Assembly (NCBI GenBank): GCA_034670305.1
Contig: JAXMNT010000054.1
Coordinates: 1 to 51,978 of the forward strand
Length of the DNA: 51,978 bases
Source of the DNA: Deltaproteobacteria bacterium
GTDB taxonomy: Bacteria; Myxococcota_A; Polyangia; Polyangiales; Houyiibacteriaceae
Direction of reading: 5' to 3'
Positions 36,152-45,540 of the stretch are shown here, in pieces. Numbering within the stretch: the stretch's first letter is position 1; the number at the start of each line of letters is the position of its first letter. The position numbers and the translations under genes are program-made. The notes under the pieces are model-generated. The model was not told the DNA's origin. It saw only the letters and a program-made list of their open reading frames with translations, and ran no database searches.

Positions 36152-37495
36152 TCACTCGGTCGTCTGACGGGCCCGGTCGGCCAGGATCGCGCGGAGCGCC
36201 TGATACGCCATGTAGGCTTGGTGGTCTTCCGCGAACGGTGCGCTGTCGCTCTGCGCGCCACCTTCCCGCGGCGTGCTCCGACCATCGGCGCGGCGCGGGG
36301 CCGGCGTGGTTTCGTCCAGGTGGTGCTCCAGACTCGCCTCGCTCGGCATGCGTTCGCCAGCGAGCCGCGCTTGCCGAAGCGCCTCCACGCTGAGCTGTTC
36401 CACCTCCACGTCGGGCGTGATGCCCTGCGCTTGGATGCTCGCGCCGCTCGGGGTGTAGTAGCGGGCGATGGTGAGCTTCATCGCGGATCCATCCGGCAAC
36501 TCGATCAGGTTCTGCACGCTGCCTTTGCCAAAGGTCCGTGTGCCGACGAGCAACGCGCGTTCGTGGTCGCGGAGGGCACCGGCGACGATCTCGGCGGCGC
36601 TGGCCGAGAACCGGTTGACCAGCACCACCATCGGCCAGTTCGGGCGGGTGCCTCGACGGCGCGCTTCGTTCCGCTGGAGCTCCTGTCCACCGCGACCACG
36701 CGTGGACACGATCACTCCTTCTTCCAGAAAGAGATCGCAGATTCGAACCGCTTCGATCAGCAGCCCGCCGGGGTTGTTGCGCATGTCGAGGATCACCCCG
36801 CGAATGCCGCTGCGTGATGCGGTCTCCTGCGCAGCGCGGTCCAGCGCTGCCTCCAGCTCTCGGGTCGAGTTGGACTGAAACGCGCGCAGCTCGATGTGCA
36901 GGACGTCGTCGGGGAGCAGCCGGGCTTCGACCGGGTTGACGTCGATCACCGCCCGCGTGAGCGTGAGTTCGAGCCCTTCTTCTCGTCCGTCGCGGCGGAT
37001 GCCGACGCGGACCGGCGTGCCGGGCTCGCCGCGCATCAGCCGGACCGATTCGGAGATCCGCATGTCGCGTGCGTTGCGACCGTCGATGTGGAGGAAGCGG
37101 TCGCCAGGTTCGATGCCCGCGGCGTCGGCGGGACCACCGGCGAAGACGCTCAACACGACCAACCAGCCGTCGCGCACACTGATCTCGACCCCGATGCCGG
37201 CGAAGCGGCCCAGCGTGTCCGAGGTCATGATCCGGTACTGCTCCGGGTCCATGTAGGTCGTGTGGGGATCCAGCGCTTCGGCCATGCCGCGGATCGCACC
37301 TTCGATGAGGGCGTCCTGGTCCACATCGTCGACGTAGGAATTCTCGATGTGGGCGAGCGCGCGCGCGAACACAGAGAGGTTCTGAAACGGGCTGGTGGTT
37401 TGGGGATCGGCGAAGGCGCGCCCGGGGCCGCCCGGATGCATGGCGCCGATCGCCAGGCCGGCGACAAAGATCACAGCCGCAACGGTGGTACGCAT
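36152..37495 (-). CDS. ctpA: S41 family carboxyl-terminal processing protease
   Basis: LDPHT, GIGV PDZ domain, DMRNNPGGLL, SASAAEIVAGAL, TFGKGSVQ, YYTPSG, GITPD. Confidence 0.93.
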   Translation of the reverse strand: MRTTVAAVIFVAGLAIGAMHPGGPGRAFADPQTTSPFQNLSVFARALAHIENSYVDDVDQDALIEGAIRGMAEALDPHTTYMDPEQYRIMTSDTLGRFAGIGVEISVRDGWLVVLSVFAGGPADAAGIEPGDRFLHIDGRNARDMRISESVRLMRGEPGTPVRVGIRRDGREEGLELTLTRAVIDVNPVEARLLPDDVLHIELRAFQSNSTRELEAALDRAAQETASRSGIRGVILDMRNNPGGLLIEAVRICDLFLEEGVIVSTRGRGGQELQRNEARRRGTRPNWPMVVLVNRFSASAAEIVAGALRDHERALLVGTRTFGKGSVQNLIELPDGSAMKLTIARYYTPSGASIQAQGITPDVEVEQLSVEALRQARLAGERMPSEASLEHHLDETTPAPRRADGRSTPREGGAQSDSAPFAEDHQAYMAYQALRAILADRARQTTE

Positions 37496-37610
37496 AGGGG
37501 ATGGCATAGCATCCCTTGCGCGCCTTCGGACCTGCGCAGGTGCCTGTTCACGGCTGGGGCCGCATGTGCTACTAAGGAGGCGTACGTCGCACATTGGCAG
37601 GTCCCGACCC

Positions 37611-37802
37611 ATGGCATCCGACAAGCGAAAACAGAGTCTCTACTTTCCTGCAGCCATGCTGGAGGACATCGAACGCGAAGCCCTGCGGCTGGACCGCACC
37701 CGCTCGTGGATCGTCCAGCGTTGCGTGCGAATCGCACTCTCCGAGTTGCGGAAGTTGCCCTCGATCAACGACCTCGAAGAGCAACCCACCGACGACGACT
37801 GA
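37611..37802 (+). CDS. cdbA: CdbA-like ribbon-helix-helix nucleoid-associated protein (MXAN_4361/4362 family)
   Basis: MASDKRKQSLYFPAAMLEDIEREALRLDRTRSWIVQ...PSIND matches the family signature DKRKQSLYFP...DRS.SW.VQ. Confidence 0.85.
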   Translation: MASDKRKQSLYFPAAMLEDIEREALRLDRTRSWIVQRCVRIALSELRKLPSINDLEEQPTDDD

Positions 37803-37805
37803 TAT

Positions 37806-37930
37806 TGTCTCTCGCGCGGGAGGCTCTGGGCCCGCGCAGGAGCGAAGCGACGAGCAGGTCCGGAGCCGCTTTCGAGGGTTCGGAAAGCCGAAGGCGTCTG
37901 GGCCCGCAGGAACCCCGCGAGAGACCAGCA
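37806..37930. mobile_element. 125-bp MITE-like element with ATAT target-site duplication
   Basis: Flanked by ATAT at 37802-37805 and 37931-37934; TG...CA ends; subterminal inverted repeat GTCTCTCGCG/CGCGAGAGAC; a second 89/90-identical partial copy at 51825-51914. Confidence 0.85.
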
Positions 37931-37933
37931 ATA

Positions 37934-38845
37934 TCAGCCCAGAGGCGGCGGCACCGAGGCGTGGACGTCGGGGCCATCGATGTGTTCCGAGAGGAACTTG
38001 TCCATTCGAAGTTGGACCATCATCGGTTGTTCGACCGGCGCTGCGTGGCTCCCGCCGCGCACCATGAACAGTTCCCCTCGCGGGATCTGATCCGCCATCG
38101 CGGCGGCGAGCTCCGACGGGGTGAACGTGTCGTTTTCAGCCGCAAGCACGAGGACCGGCACGGTGATCTCCGCGAGCAGGTCCTGCGCAGAGTGATCGCC
38201 GGCGCTCTCGAGTAGTTGGAGGAAGACGTCCGGGTCCATGACCGCGATGTGCTCCCAGTAACGCCGAAAGTCTTCTTCCCGAATCGTGACCGCATCCACC
38301 TCGCCGCTCAGACACGCGACGCGGTAGGCCAAAGAGGTGGGCACCCGGCCCCAGATCGCACGCGCGATACCTCGGTGTTTGCGGGCTGCGGAACGAATGC
38401 CTGGGAGCACTTGGCTCAACATGTCGCTTCCGTGGAACGTGTGGGTGACGCGTCCGAAACTCCCGCACATCAGCGCGAGCCCAGCCACGCGATCGGGAGC
38501 GCGGCGGTAGAGCTCCAGGCAGACCTGGGTGCCCATCGAGTGTCCGACGAATACCGCTTTCTCCACATCGTGGGCATCGAGGACCCGCACGAGATCGTCG
38601 GCGAGGTTCGGGATGTTCAGTCGACTGCTGTCGGTTGGGAGCCCACTTCGGCCGTGACCTCGGTAGTGCCAGTGCACCACGCGACGATGTTCGGCCAAGT
38701 GGGGCGCGAGGTACCGCCAGACGAAGCCATCGCACCCGATCCCGTCGTTGAGCACCACGGGGGTCTGTTCGCCACCGCCGAGGACACCTGTGAAGAGGGG
38801 CGTCCCGTCGGGGGCTTCGACAAACCGTTCGACATCGTACTTCAC
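37934..38845 (-). CDS. alpha/beta fold hydrolase
   Basis: YRGHGRS, nucleophile GHSMG, acid END, His in GSH. Confidence 0.9.
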   Translation of the reverse strand: MKYDVERFVEAPDGTPLFTGVLGGGEQTPVVLNDGIGCDGFVWRYLAPHLAEHRRVVHWHYRGHGRSGLPTDSSRLNIPNLADDLVRVLDAHDVEKAVFVGHSMGTQVCLELYRRAPDRVAGLALMCGSFGRVTHTFHGSDMLSQVLPGIRSAARKHRGIARAIWGRVPTSLAYRVACLSGEVDAVTIREEDFRRYWEHIAVMDPDVFLQLLESAGDHSAQDLLAEITVPVLVLAAENDTFTPSELAAAMADQIPRGELFMVRGGSHAAPVEQPMMVQLRMDKFLSEHIDGPDVHASVPPPLG

Positions 38846-39069
38846 GGCTGCCCGGGTAGCGCGAACGGCAGGGAGAGGCAATCCAGCGGGTGCGCCACCG
38901 CGGCGGGGGCCGGAGTCCCCGGCAACGGGCGAAATCGCACGATCGGCGCGTCCTCAGATCGTTTTCCGGACCCGATCGGCGTGGATCAACCTCGGGACTT
39001 TTCGACTGCGCACGTTTCGTACGGTCATGTTACAGTCGCTTCGTTCGCCTTGTGACCGGCTGCCTATTT

Positions 39070-39085
39070 CGGCATCCTGGTTGCA
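39070..39085 (+). promoter_or_regulatory. putative sigma54 -24/-12 promoter upstream of the pilin genes
   Basis: CGGCATCCTGGTTGCA has exact GG-N10-GC spacing with TTGCA. Confidence 0.5.
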
Positions 39086-39100
39086 GAGGGAGTCCATACG

Positions 39101-39343
39101 ATGCGCACTACGACCAAGACCCGGGGACAATCGACCCCAGCGATCCGCCGGAAGTCACCCAAAGTCCGAAACCCCGACCTCGACGGGTTCGTCGAACAAG
39201 AAGAGGGTGCCGTCTACCTGGAATACATCACGATCGTGATCACGATGGGCATCGTGATCGCGCTCGCGGTGATCTCCTTGGGCGTTCCGCTCCTCAACAC
39301 CTTCCGCATGACCCAGGTGTTCCTGGGCGCGCCGGTGCCGTGA
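39101..39343 (+). CDS. flp: Flp-type pilin
   Basis: EQEEG^AVYLEY followed by a hydrophobic helix. Confidence 0.75.
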   Translation: MRTTTKTRGQSTPAIRRKSPKVRNPDLDGFVEQEEGAVYLEYITIVITMGIVIALAVISLGVPLLNTFRMTQVFLGAPVP

Positions 39344-39525
39344 TGAAGATTCAGCGCAACCTCGCCACGGCACTTCGAGCCGACGAAGAGGGCGCAACCA
39401 GCGTCGAGTACGTCGTGATCGTCGTGCTGGTCGTGATGTTCTGCCTGATCGCCTGGGTCGAGTTCCGAGAGCAGATCGAAGCCGACTCCGATGAACAGCA
39501 CACTTCGTTCGGCACACCTCCCTGA
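39343..39525 (+). CDS. flp: Flp-type pilin
   Basis: ADEEG^ATSVEY followed by a hydrophobic helix; TGATG coupling. Confidence 0.85.
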   Translation: MKIQRNLATALRADEEGATSVEYVVIVVLVVMFCLIAWVEFREQIEADSDEQHTSFGTPP

Positions 39526-39582
39526 TTCAAAACTCTTGACGGAGTTGCCCATCCCCGATCCTTCTCATGCCACTTTCACCAC

Positions 39583-40119
39583 ATGACCCCAACTTTGAGC
39601 CACGTGATCGTGATCGTCCTGACGGGCATCGCGGCGGTGTTCGACTGGCGAACGGGGCGGGTGCCGAACTGGCTGACGATGCCGCTCATGGGGATCATGC
39701 CAGTGGTCTGGTACCTGACCCACGGCTGGACGGGCGTCGTGATGTCGGGATTCGGGCTCTTCGCCTGCGGAGTCGTGCCGCTGATGGCCTACCGCATGGG
39801 CGGGATGTTTGGAGCGGACGTGAAGATCTTCGCGAGCATCGGAGCGACCGTCGGACCGACGGTCGGCATCGAAGCCCAGTTCTTCTCGATGGCGATGGCG
39901 TCGCTCTACTCGCTGGTGCTGCTGGCGTGGCGGGGCAAACTCCTGGCGGGGTTCGCCAACCTGTTCTTCCAGGTGTTCAACCGACTTCTGCCGAAGAAGT
40001 GGCGCAGAAAACCAAACAAGGAGCTCCGCGAAGCGGTACGGGTCGGGCCGTACATCTTCGCGGGCACGCTCGTCAGTGTGCTGATGCGCCACCCAACGTG
40101 GCTGGGAATGGAACCATGA
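39583..40119 (+). CDS. cpaA: A24 prepilin peptidase (CpaA/TadV)
   Basis: Catalytic Asp residues in AAVFDWRTGRVPNW and GADVK; multiple TM helices. Confidence 0.88.
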   Translation: MTPTLSHVIVIVLTGIAAVFDWRTGRVPNWLTMPLMGIMPVVWYLTHGWTGVVMSGFGLFACGVVPLMAYRMGGMFGADVKIFASIGATVGPTVGIEAQFFSMAMASLYSLVLLAWRGKLLAGFANLFFQVFNRLLPKKWRRKPNKELREAVRVGPYIFAGTLVSVLMRHPTWLGMEP

Positions 40120-41006
40120 CTTCGAGAAGTGAACCCACCAGCCTCATCCGCGACGATCGCGGTGCGGCCTACGCTGAGTTTCTCATCGCGTTCCCGCCTG
40201 TGCTCTTGCTGTTCTTGGCGATGATGCAGCTCAGCTTGCTCTACGTCGGCAAGCTCGCGGTCCGGCACAGCGCCACCCGGGCTGCCCGCGCCGCCGTGGT
40301 GGTGATCCCCGACGATCCGCAGCACTACGACGACGCACCCGTGAACGAAGTGACCTTCGATGGCGTCGGCAGCGACGGCGAGGGCGGCGGCGCGCTCGTG
40401 GGCGCGCTCGGTTCCATCCTCGGTGGCGCCGTGGGTGGCGAAGGCGATGGCCGCATCCGCGCGATTCGCCGCGCGGCCACCATCCCTCTCACGCCGCTCG
40501 GACCGAGCTACCACAACGCGTTCAACGGCGATCATCTGGTGGCCGAGCACGCCTTCGACAACGGGGTCGCCACCCTGGCGTCTGCCGCCGCCGTCTACAA
40601 CCGCGGCGCGACCTCGGTGACGTTCCACACCCCAGGCGAAAACGACTTCAAGCGCACGTTTGGGGCCAAGGAGCCGTTCGCGACCCGCGTGACGTACCTC
40701 TTCCATTGCGGGGTGCCGATCGTGAACGACTACATCTGTGACGAGTACCTCTCGATCGCGTTGTCCAACCCGCTTGTGCTCGTGGAAGCACTTGGCGACC
40801 GGGTTTGGGACGGACACGAGGAGTGGTTGGGCGGCGTGCTCGACCCGTTCCTCGGAAGCAGCGACGTCGGGCAGGGCGTGCGGGAGTTGGCACTGGCCGA
40901 AGCGCCGTGGCTCGTTCTTCCGTACGTGTTCGGCAGCAACCGTGTCGTGATTCTTCGCGCACAAGCGATCCTCCCCAACCAAGGCGCTGGGTACGACTAT
41001 GAGTAA
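40116..41006 (+). CDS. tadE: TadE-like pseudopilin
   Basis: DDRG^AAYAEFLIAFP, then ATRAARAA. Confidence 0.82.
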   Translation: MTSRSEPTSLIRDDRGAAYAEFLIAFPPVLLLFLAMMQLSLLYVGKLAVRHSATRAARAAVVVIPDDPQHYDDAPVNEVTFDGVGSDGEGGGALVGALGSILGGAVGGEGDGRIRAIRRAATIPLTPLGPSYHNAFNGDHLVAEHAFDNGVATLASAAAVYNRGATSVTFHTPGENDFKRTFGAKEPFATRVTYLFHCGVPIVNDYICDEYLSIALSNPLVLVEALGDRVWDGHEEWLGGVLDPFLGSSDVGQGVRELALAEAPWLVLPYVFGSNRVVILRAQAILPNQGAGYDYE

Positions 41007-42219
41007 GATTCGAGACGGTGTGCTCGCCTTCTTCCGCGACGACAGTGCGCGGAAGGTTCGCAAGACCCCGGGCAACGATCGGGGGGCGCGGGCGCTGCTC
41101 CGAGACGACCGCGGCGCGATGATGCTCATGGGCATCTTCATGACGACGTTCATCGTCGGGCTGCTCTATTACATCGCGGGCATCGGCGAGACGATCGTCT
41201 ACCGCGAGCGCATGCAGGACGCGGCCGACGCCACGGCGATGGCCGGTGCGGTCATGCTCGCGCGCGGCATGAACGTCATCGTGCTTCTCAACCTCACGCT
41301 CGCCTCGGTGTACGGCATCCTCGTCATCGCCCAGGCCGCGCTCAGCATCGTCTGGACGGCACAGGCCGCGGCCGACGCGGTGTGCGCTGGATGTGGTCCC
41401 TGGTGTGCGAGTTGCTGTCGTGAGTGCCTCGCGGCCTTCTGCCTTCTCACCTCGACCTGCGACGCGCGCGACGCCCGGAACGAAGCGCGGGACATCGTGG
41501 AGGACGTTGCGGATGCCACGCACAGTGCGTCCCGAAACCTGAGAACCGTGGTGCCGCTGTCTGCGATCGGCGCCGGCTTCGAGATCACCATGGAGCAATA
41601 CAACCCACCGGCCACCGCGGGCGCAGGCTACGCCGGGTTGAACCTTCCGCTCGAGAACGATCCATCGCGGCGCATCTGCGACGAGATCGTCGGCACCAGC
41701 GCCCTGCCGCAGTGGGGTGTGGTCTCGCTCGCTGCGACCGAACTGGCGTTCCACCACGCATGCAGTCGAGGCGACCGGTACGTGGCCGTGGCCGCGTTGT
41801 CTGCGCCGTTCTGGACCTGGCAAGCATGCCGGTCCGAACACAGCCGAGTACGCAACAAACCCCAACGGGTCGAAGGCGGGGTGAATCTCGGGGACGACGA
41901 GTTCCAATACCGCTCGGTGGTCGTGGGTGCGCCTCCCTACGGGCTCGGCGACGACAACCGACACGACGAACGGGTCGCCATTGCGACCTACGGACGAGAA
42001 ACGGACGCCGACTCTCCGCTCGACAGTCTGGCGCAACTGCACCGCTTCTCGTTCGCCCAGTCCGAGTACTACTACGACGGACAGACCGACCGTGAAAACT
42101 GGATGTGGGATCTAATGTGGAAAGCACGCCTGCGTCGCTTCCGAGCCAGCGGCAGCATCTGCAGCGGCGGCTTCGGTGGTGCGATCTGCGGTGTGGTGGA
42201 TGGGATCGTGGTGCACTGA
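40999..42219 (+). CDS. tadG: TadG-like pilus protein with a Cys-rich insert
   Basis: DDRG^AMMLM, MQDAADATAMAGA Tad motif. Confidence 0.8.
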   Translation: MSKIRDGVLAFFRDDSARKVRKTPGNDRGARALLRDDRGAMMLMGIFMTTFIVGLLYYIAGIGETIVYRERMQDAADATAMAGAVMLARGMNVIVLLNLTLASVYGILVIAQAALSIVWTAQAAADAVCAGCGPWCASCCRECLAAFCLLTSTCDARDARNEARDIVEDVADATHSASRNLRTVVPLSAIGAGFEITMEQYNPPATAGAGYAGLNLPLENDPSRRICDEIVGTSALPQWGVVSLAATELAFHHACSRGDRYVAVAALSAPFWTWQACRSEHSRVRNKPQRVEGGVNLGDDEFQYRSVVVGAPPYGLGDDNRHDERVAIATYGRETDADSPLDSLAQLHRFSFAQSEYYYDGQTDRENWMWDLMWKARLRRFRASGSICSGGFGGAICGVVDGIVVH

Positions 42220-42773
42220 TGAAGCGCGTTCGAAACTTGTTGACGCCCCCGTCCCTGAGGCGCGACCAGAGCGGCGCCATGTACGCGGAAGCGATCATGA
42301 CGTTGCCGGTGTTCGTCCTTCTCTGGGCACTCATTCTCTTCGTGAACGACGGCTTCAAGAGTGCGCTCGCCTCGGCGACCGACACCCGGCGCGACGGATG
42401 GATCCACGCCATGGGCGGATGTCAGGACGACGCGGCGGCGCCTACCGTAACCACAGGGGCGGGCGGCTACAGCCTCGCGAGCCTGCCGGCCGTCGGAACG
42501 ATCATCCTCGGCACGGTCACCAGCGGCTTCGTCATCCCCCGTCGGCAGCCGGCGATCCCGTTGTTCTACGCCACCACTTTCGCGTTCAACATCGACACCA
42601 ACCAGTACGCGCGCTCGGGCGAGATCACCCGTCCCGGCGCGATTGGCGGCACAGCACGCTTCGGCCATCGGATGGCGATCACATGCAACGAGGATCTCAC
42701 TCAGGTGAACGACGTGGCCATGGGTGGATACATCACCGCGGCGTACCTCGCGAGCTGGTCCGACCTGCACTGA
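42219..42773 (+). CDS. TadE-like pseudopilin
   Basis: DQSG^AMYAEAIMTLPVF. Confidence 0.75.
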   Translation: MKRVRNLLTPPSLRRDQSGAMYAEAIMTLPVFVLLWALILFVNDGFKSALASATDTRRDGWIHAMGGCQDDAAAPTVTTGAGGYSLASLPAVGTIILGTVTSGFVIPRRQPAIPLFYATTFAFNIDTNQYARSGEITRPGAIGGTARFGHRMAITCNEDLTQVNDVAMGGYITAAYLASWSDLH

Positions 42774-42810
42774 CGAGACGGACGCTGCGATCCCGATCGA
42801 GCGCCGCGCG

Positions 42811-43995
42811 ATGAATGAATCGCGCGAGGACGGTGCATCCGACCGCGACGAGGACGTCTCTGAGGAGGGGTTCGAGGACGCCGTGAAGGGCGCAGCCGAC
42901 GCCGACTCGGAAGCGGACGAAGCTGAGGCCGAGGCTGACTCCGAAGCTGAAGCCGACTCCGAAGCTGAAGCCGACTCCGAAGCCGAAGCCGACTCCGAAG
43001 CCGACTCCGAAGCCGACGACGACGACGACTACGACGACGACTCCGACTCCGACGAGGAGGAGGACCCGGCGGGGACTTCGTTCCTGAAGCGGGGGGGGCG
43101 GTATCTGTTGCGGCTCTTGGCGACGGGAATCGTCGTGGCGCTGATGCTGATGCTGGTCTTCTACCTGCGGTTTCGCGCGGAGCTGCATCGAGGCATGGGC
43201 CCGATCGGGCAACAGCTCGCGGGGGCCGGCTTTCTGGACGAGCTTCAGACGGACGACGGGCGACCGCCCGGACCGCGCCATCTGGTGCTCAACGGGCAGC
43301 GACTGCGGATCTCGACCCAGGTGGTCGAAGAGCCGCTTGAGGATGCGCTGGCTCGAGTGGAGCACGAGTGCCCCACCCAGGAAGAACTCGGGCCGGGTCA
43401 GCGGACGGAAGAGAGCGGGTACACGATCTGTCTTCAGGACGAAGAGGATCCGAACCCGTTCGACCTCGCTGGGCGCATGGACGACTTCATGGAGTCGATG
43501 GACGCCGCGGACCTCGGGCAGATCCGATACGTGTACGCCCAGCAAGCCGAGGGCGGTCGAACGCTCATGATGACGCTCGAGACGACGGATACCTTCCGCG
43601 TCGATCAGCTGATGCCCTCCGAGGGAGATGCGGTCGGGGCGGACCCAGAGGACATCCCCCGTCCGCCGGACGGCCGCCGCATCATGCAGGCCTACGAGGA
43701 GAATGCGCCGTACTACGCCACCATCTACGGCCGCTCGACCCGGTCGGTGCAGGAGCTGCAGACCTGGTACCGCGCCAACGTGGACGCGACGCTCTGGACC
43801 GAGGTGGACTACGCAGCCGTCGCCCAGGAACGGGGGCAGCAGATCCCCGACGGGGTCGACATGCTCTTCTATCGCCGCAAGAATGACCCGCGTCGGTTCG
43901 TCGCAATCGATCTCGTCGGGGTGGACCCGCGCGCAGACGAAGAAGGCAACGAACTCGAAGGCCGCACGATGATCACGATCTTGGAAGCCCGATGA
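42811..43995 (+). CDS. single-pass membrane protein with an acidic repeat N-terminus
   Basis: (AEADSE)n and poly-Asp tract, one TM helix, globular C-terminal region. Confidence 0.7.
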   Translation: MNESREDGASDRDEDVSEEGFEDAVKGAADADSEADEAEAEADSEAEADSEAEADSEAEADSEADSEADDDDDYDDDSDSDEEEDPAGTSFLKRGGRYLLRLLATGIVVALMLMLVFYLRFRAELHRGMGPIGQQLAGAGFLDELQTDDGRPPGPRHLVLNGQRLRISTQVVEEPLEDALARVEHECPTQEELGPGQRTEESGYTICLQDEEDPNPFDLAGRMDDFMESMDAADLGQIRYVYAQQAEGGRTLMMTLETTDTFRVDQLMPSEGDAVGADPEDIPRPPDGRRIMQAYEENAPYYATIYGRSTRSVQELQTWYRANVDATLWTEVDYAAVAQERGQQIPDGVDMLFYRRKNDPRRFVAIDLVGVDPRADEEGNELEGRTMITILEAR

Positions 43996-44678
43996 ACCAT
44001 TCGACCGAAACCCGCGCCCTCGCGGTCGCTTTTGCATTCCTCCTCGCACCGACGATCGGCTGCGACGACCCCGCGGCGGTGTACGACAACGCGACGGCGC
44101 CCTCGATCGAGCGCGAACTGCCACCGGTCGCCCACGGCGAGACGACCGTCGGCAGAGGCCGCATGCCGCCTCCGGCGGCGATCACGGAGGCGGAGCGTTT
44201 GGCGAGTGCGGCGCAGGCCGCGGGCGAGAGCGGCCGCGGCGGTGGGCGTGGCGGCGGTGGCAACACCGAGCAGTCCCGGCGGTACGCACGCCTGGTGGAC
44301 TCGATGAGCGACGAGGACGCCGAGCGTCTGTACCGCCAGATGGCCGGCAACGCGCGGCTACAAGACTCCACCGATCCGTGTGGACGGGCGTACGCCGCGT
44401 TCCTGATCTTGGCCGAGCAAGCCGGCGACGAGCCTCCCAGCGAAGAAGACTTTCGAGAGAACTGCTCGAGCGACATTCCGCCCGAGTTGGCCGCCTGTAT
44501 GAAGGACGAGGCCGACCGCACCCAGCAGGAGAACCGCATCTGCGAGCGCCTGACCGGCGTGACGGACGTGCTTCGACAGCACCAGCAGGAGCCGCACCCA
44601 GGGCGCATCCGCACGCCTGGGGGCGAGCCGTCCCACGTGTTCCGGCAGGGACAGCAGCAGCGCCGCGGAGTTCAGTGA
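43992..44678 (+). CDS. putative lipoprotein
   Basis: FLLAPTIGC lipobox-like sequence; four further Cys; ATGA overlap. Confidence 0.65.
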   Translation: MNHSTETRALAVAFAFLLAPTIGCDDPAAVYDNATAPSIERELPPVAHGETTVGRGRMPPPAAITEAERLASAAQAAGESGRGGGRGGGGNTEQSRRYARLVDSMSDEDAERLYRQMAGNARLQDSTDPCGRAYAAFLILAEQAGDEPPSEEDFRENCSSDIPPELAACMKDEADRTQQENRICERLTGVTDVLRQHQQEPHPGRIRTPGGEPSHVFRQGQQQRRGVQ

Positions 44679-44733
44679 CCGCACCGCGGTTTCCACCGTT
44701 TGCCTGAAGGACATCGTTGGGTACGGTGCGCAG

Positions 44734-45540
44734 ATGGGGGAAGCGCTGATTCAGATGCGTGGCGTGGTGAAGGCCTTTGGGCCCAAACGCGTGTACGAAC
44801 ATCTGGACCTCGACGTCTTCGAGGGCGAGTCGCTCACCATCATCGGCGGCTCCGGGCAGGGCAAGAGCGTGATGCTCAAGCTGCTCGTCGGGCTTCTGCA
44901 TGCCGACGCGGGGACGATCGTCTTCGACGGGCGGCGCATCGAGGACAACACCGAGGCCGATTGGCTCGCTGTCCGGAAAGAGATCGGCATGCTCTTTCAG
45001 GCCGGGGCACTCTTCGACTCGCTCTCCGTGGGCGAGAACGTGGCCTATGGACTGCGCCAGCAGGCCACGCTCACGCCGAAGGAGATCGAGGACCGCGTGG
45101 CGGAGTCCCTCGAACGGGTAGGGCTCGCCGGGACCGAGAACCTATGGCCTGCGGACCTCTCTGGCGGTATGAAGAAGCGCGTCGGGTTTGCCCGCGCCAT
45201 CGCCATTCGACCCCGCGTGCTCTTGTATGACGAACCCACCACCGGACTCGACCCGGACAACATCGCCCGCATCACGGACCTCATCGTGCATCTAAAACGT
45301 ACGTTGAACGTCACGTCGATGGTGGTGACCCACGACATGCCGAGCGCCTTCGCGATCAGCGACCGAATCGCCATGATCCACGACGGCCGCGTGATCTTCA
45401 CCGGCACGCCCAGCGAACTGACTGCGAGCACCGAACCCCAGGTACGTGACTTCGTCCAGGGCAACGTGCCTGAGGGTGAAGAGGCGCTGGGCCCGCCCTC
45501 GATTCCACCGCCCGCGCCGCTGGACGAGGTCCGCAGGTGA
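44734..45540 (+). CDS. mlaF: MlaF/Mkl-type ABC ATPase
   Basis: GGSGQGKS, LFQAGALFDSL, LSGGMKKRV, LYDEPTTGLDP, VTHD. Confidence 0.92.
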   Translation: MGEALIQMRGVVKAFGPKRVYEHLDLDVFEGESLTIIGGSGQGKSVMLKLLVGLLHADAGTIVFDGRRIEDNTEADWLAVRKEIGMLFQAGALFDSLSVGENVAYGLRQQATLTPKEIEDRVAESLERVGLAGTENLWPADLSGGMKKRVGFARAIAIRPRVLLYDEPTTGLDPDNIARITDLIVHLKRTLNVTSMVVTHDMPSAFAISDRIAMIHDGRVIFTGTPSELTASTEPQVRDFVQGNVPEGEEALGPPSIPPPAPLDEVRR

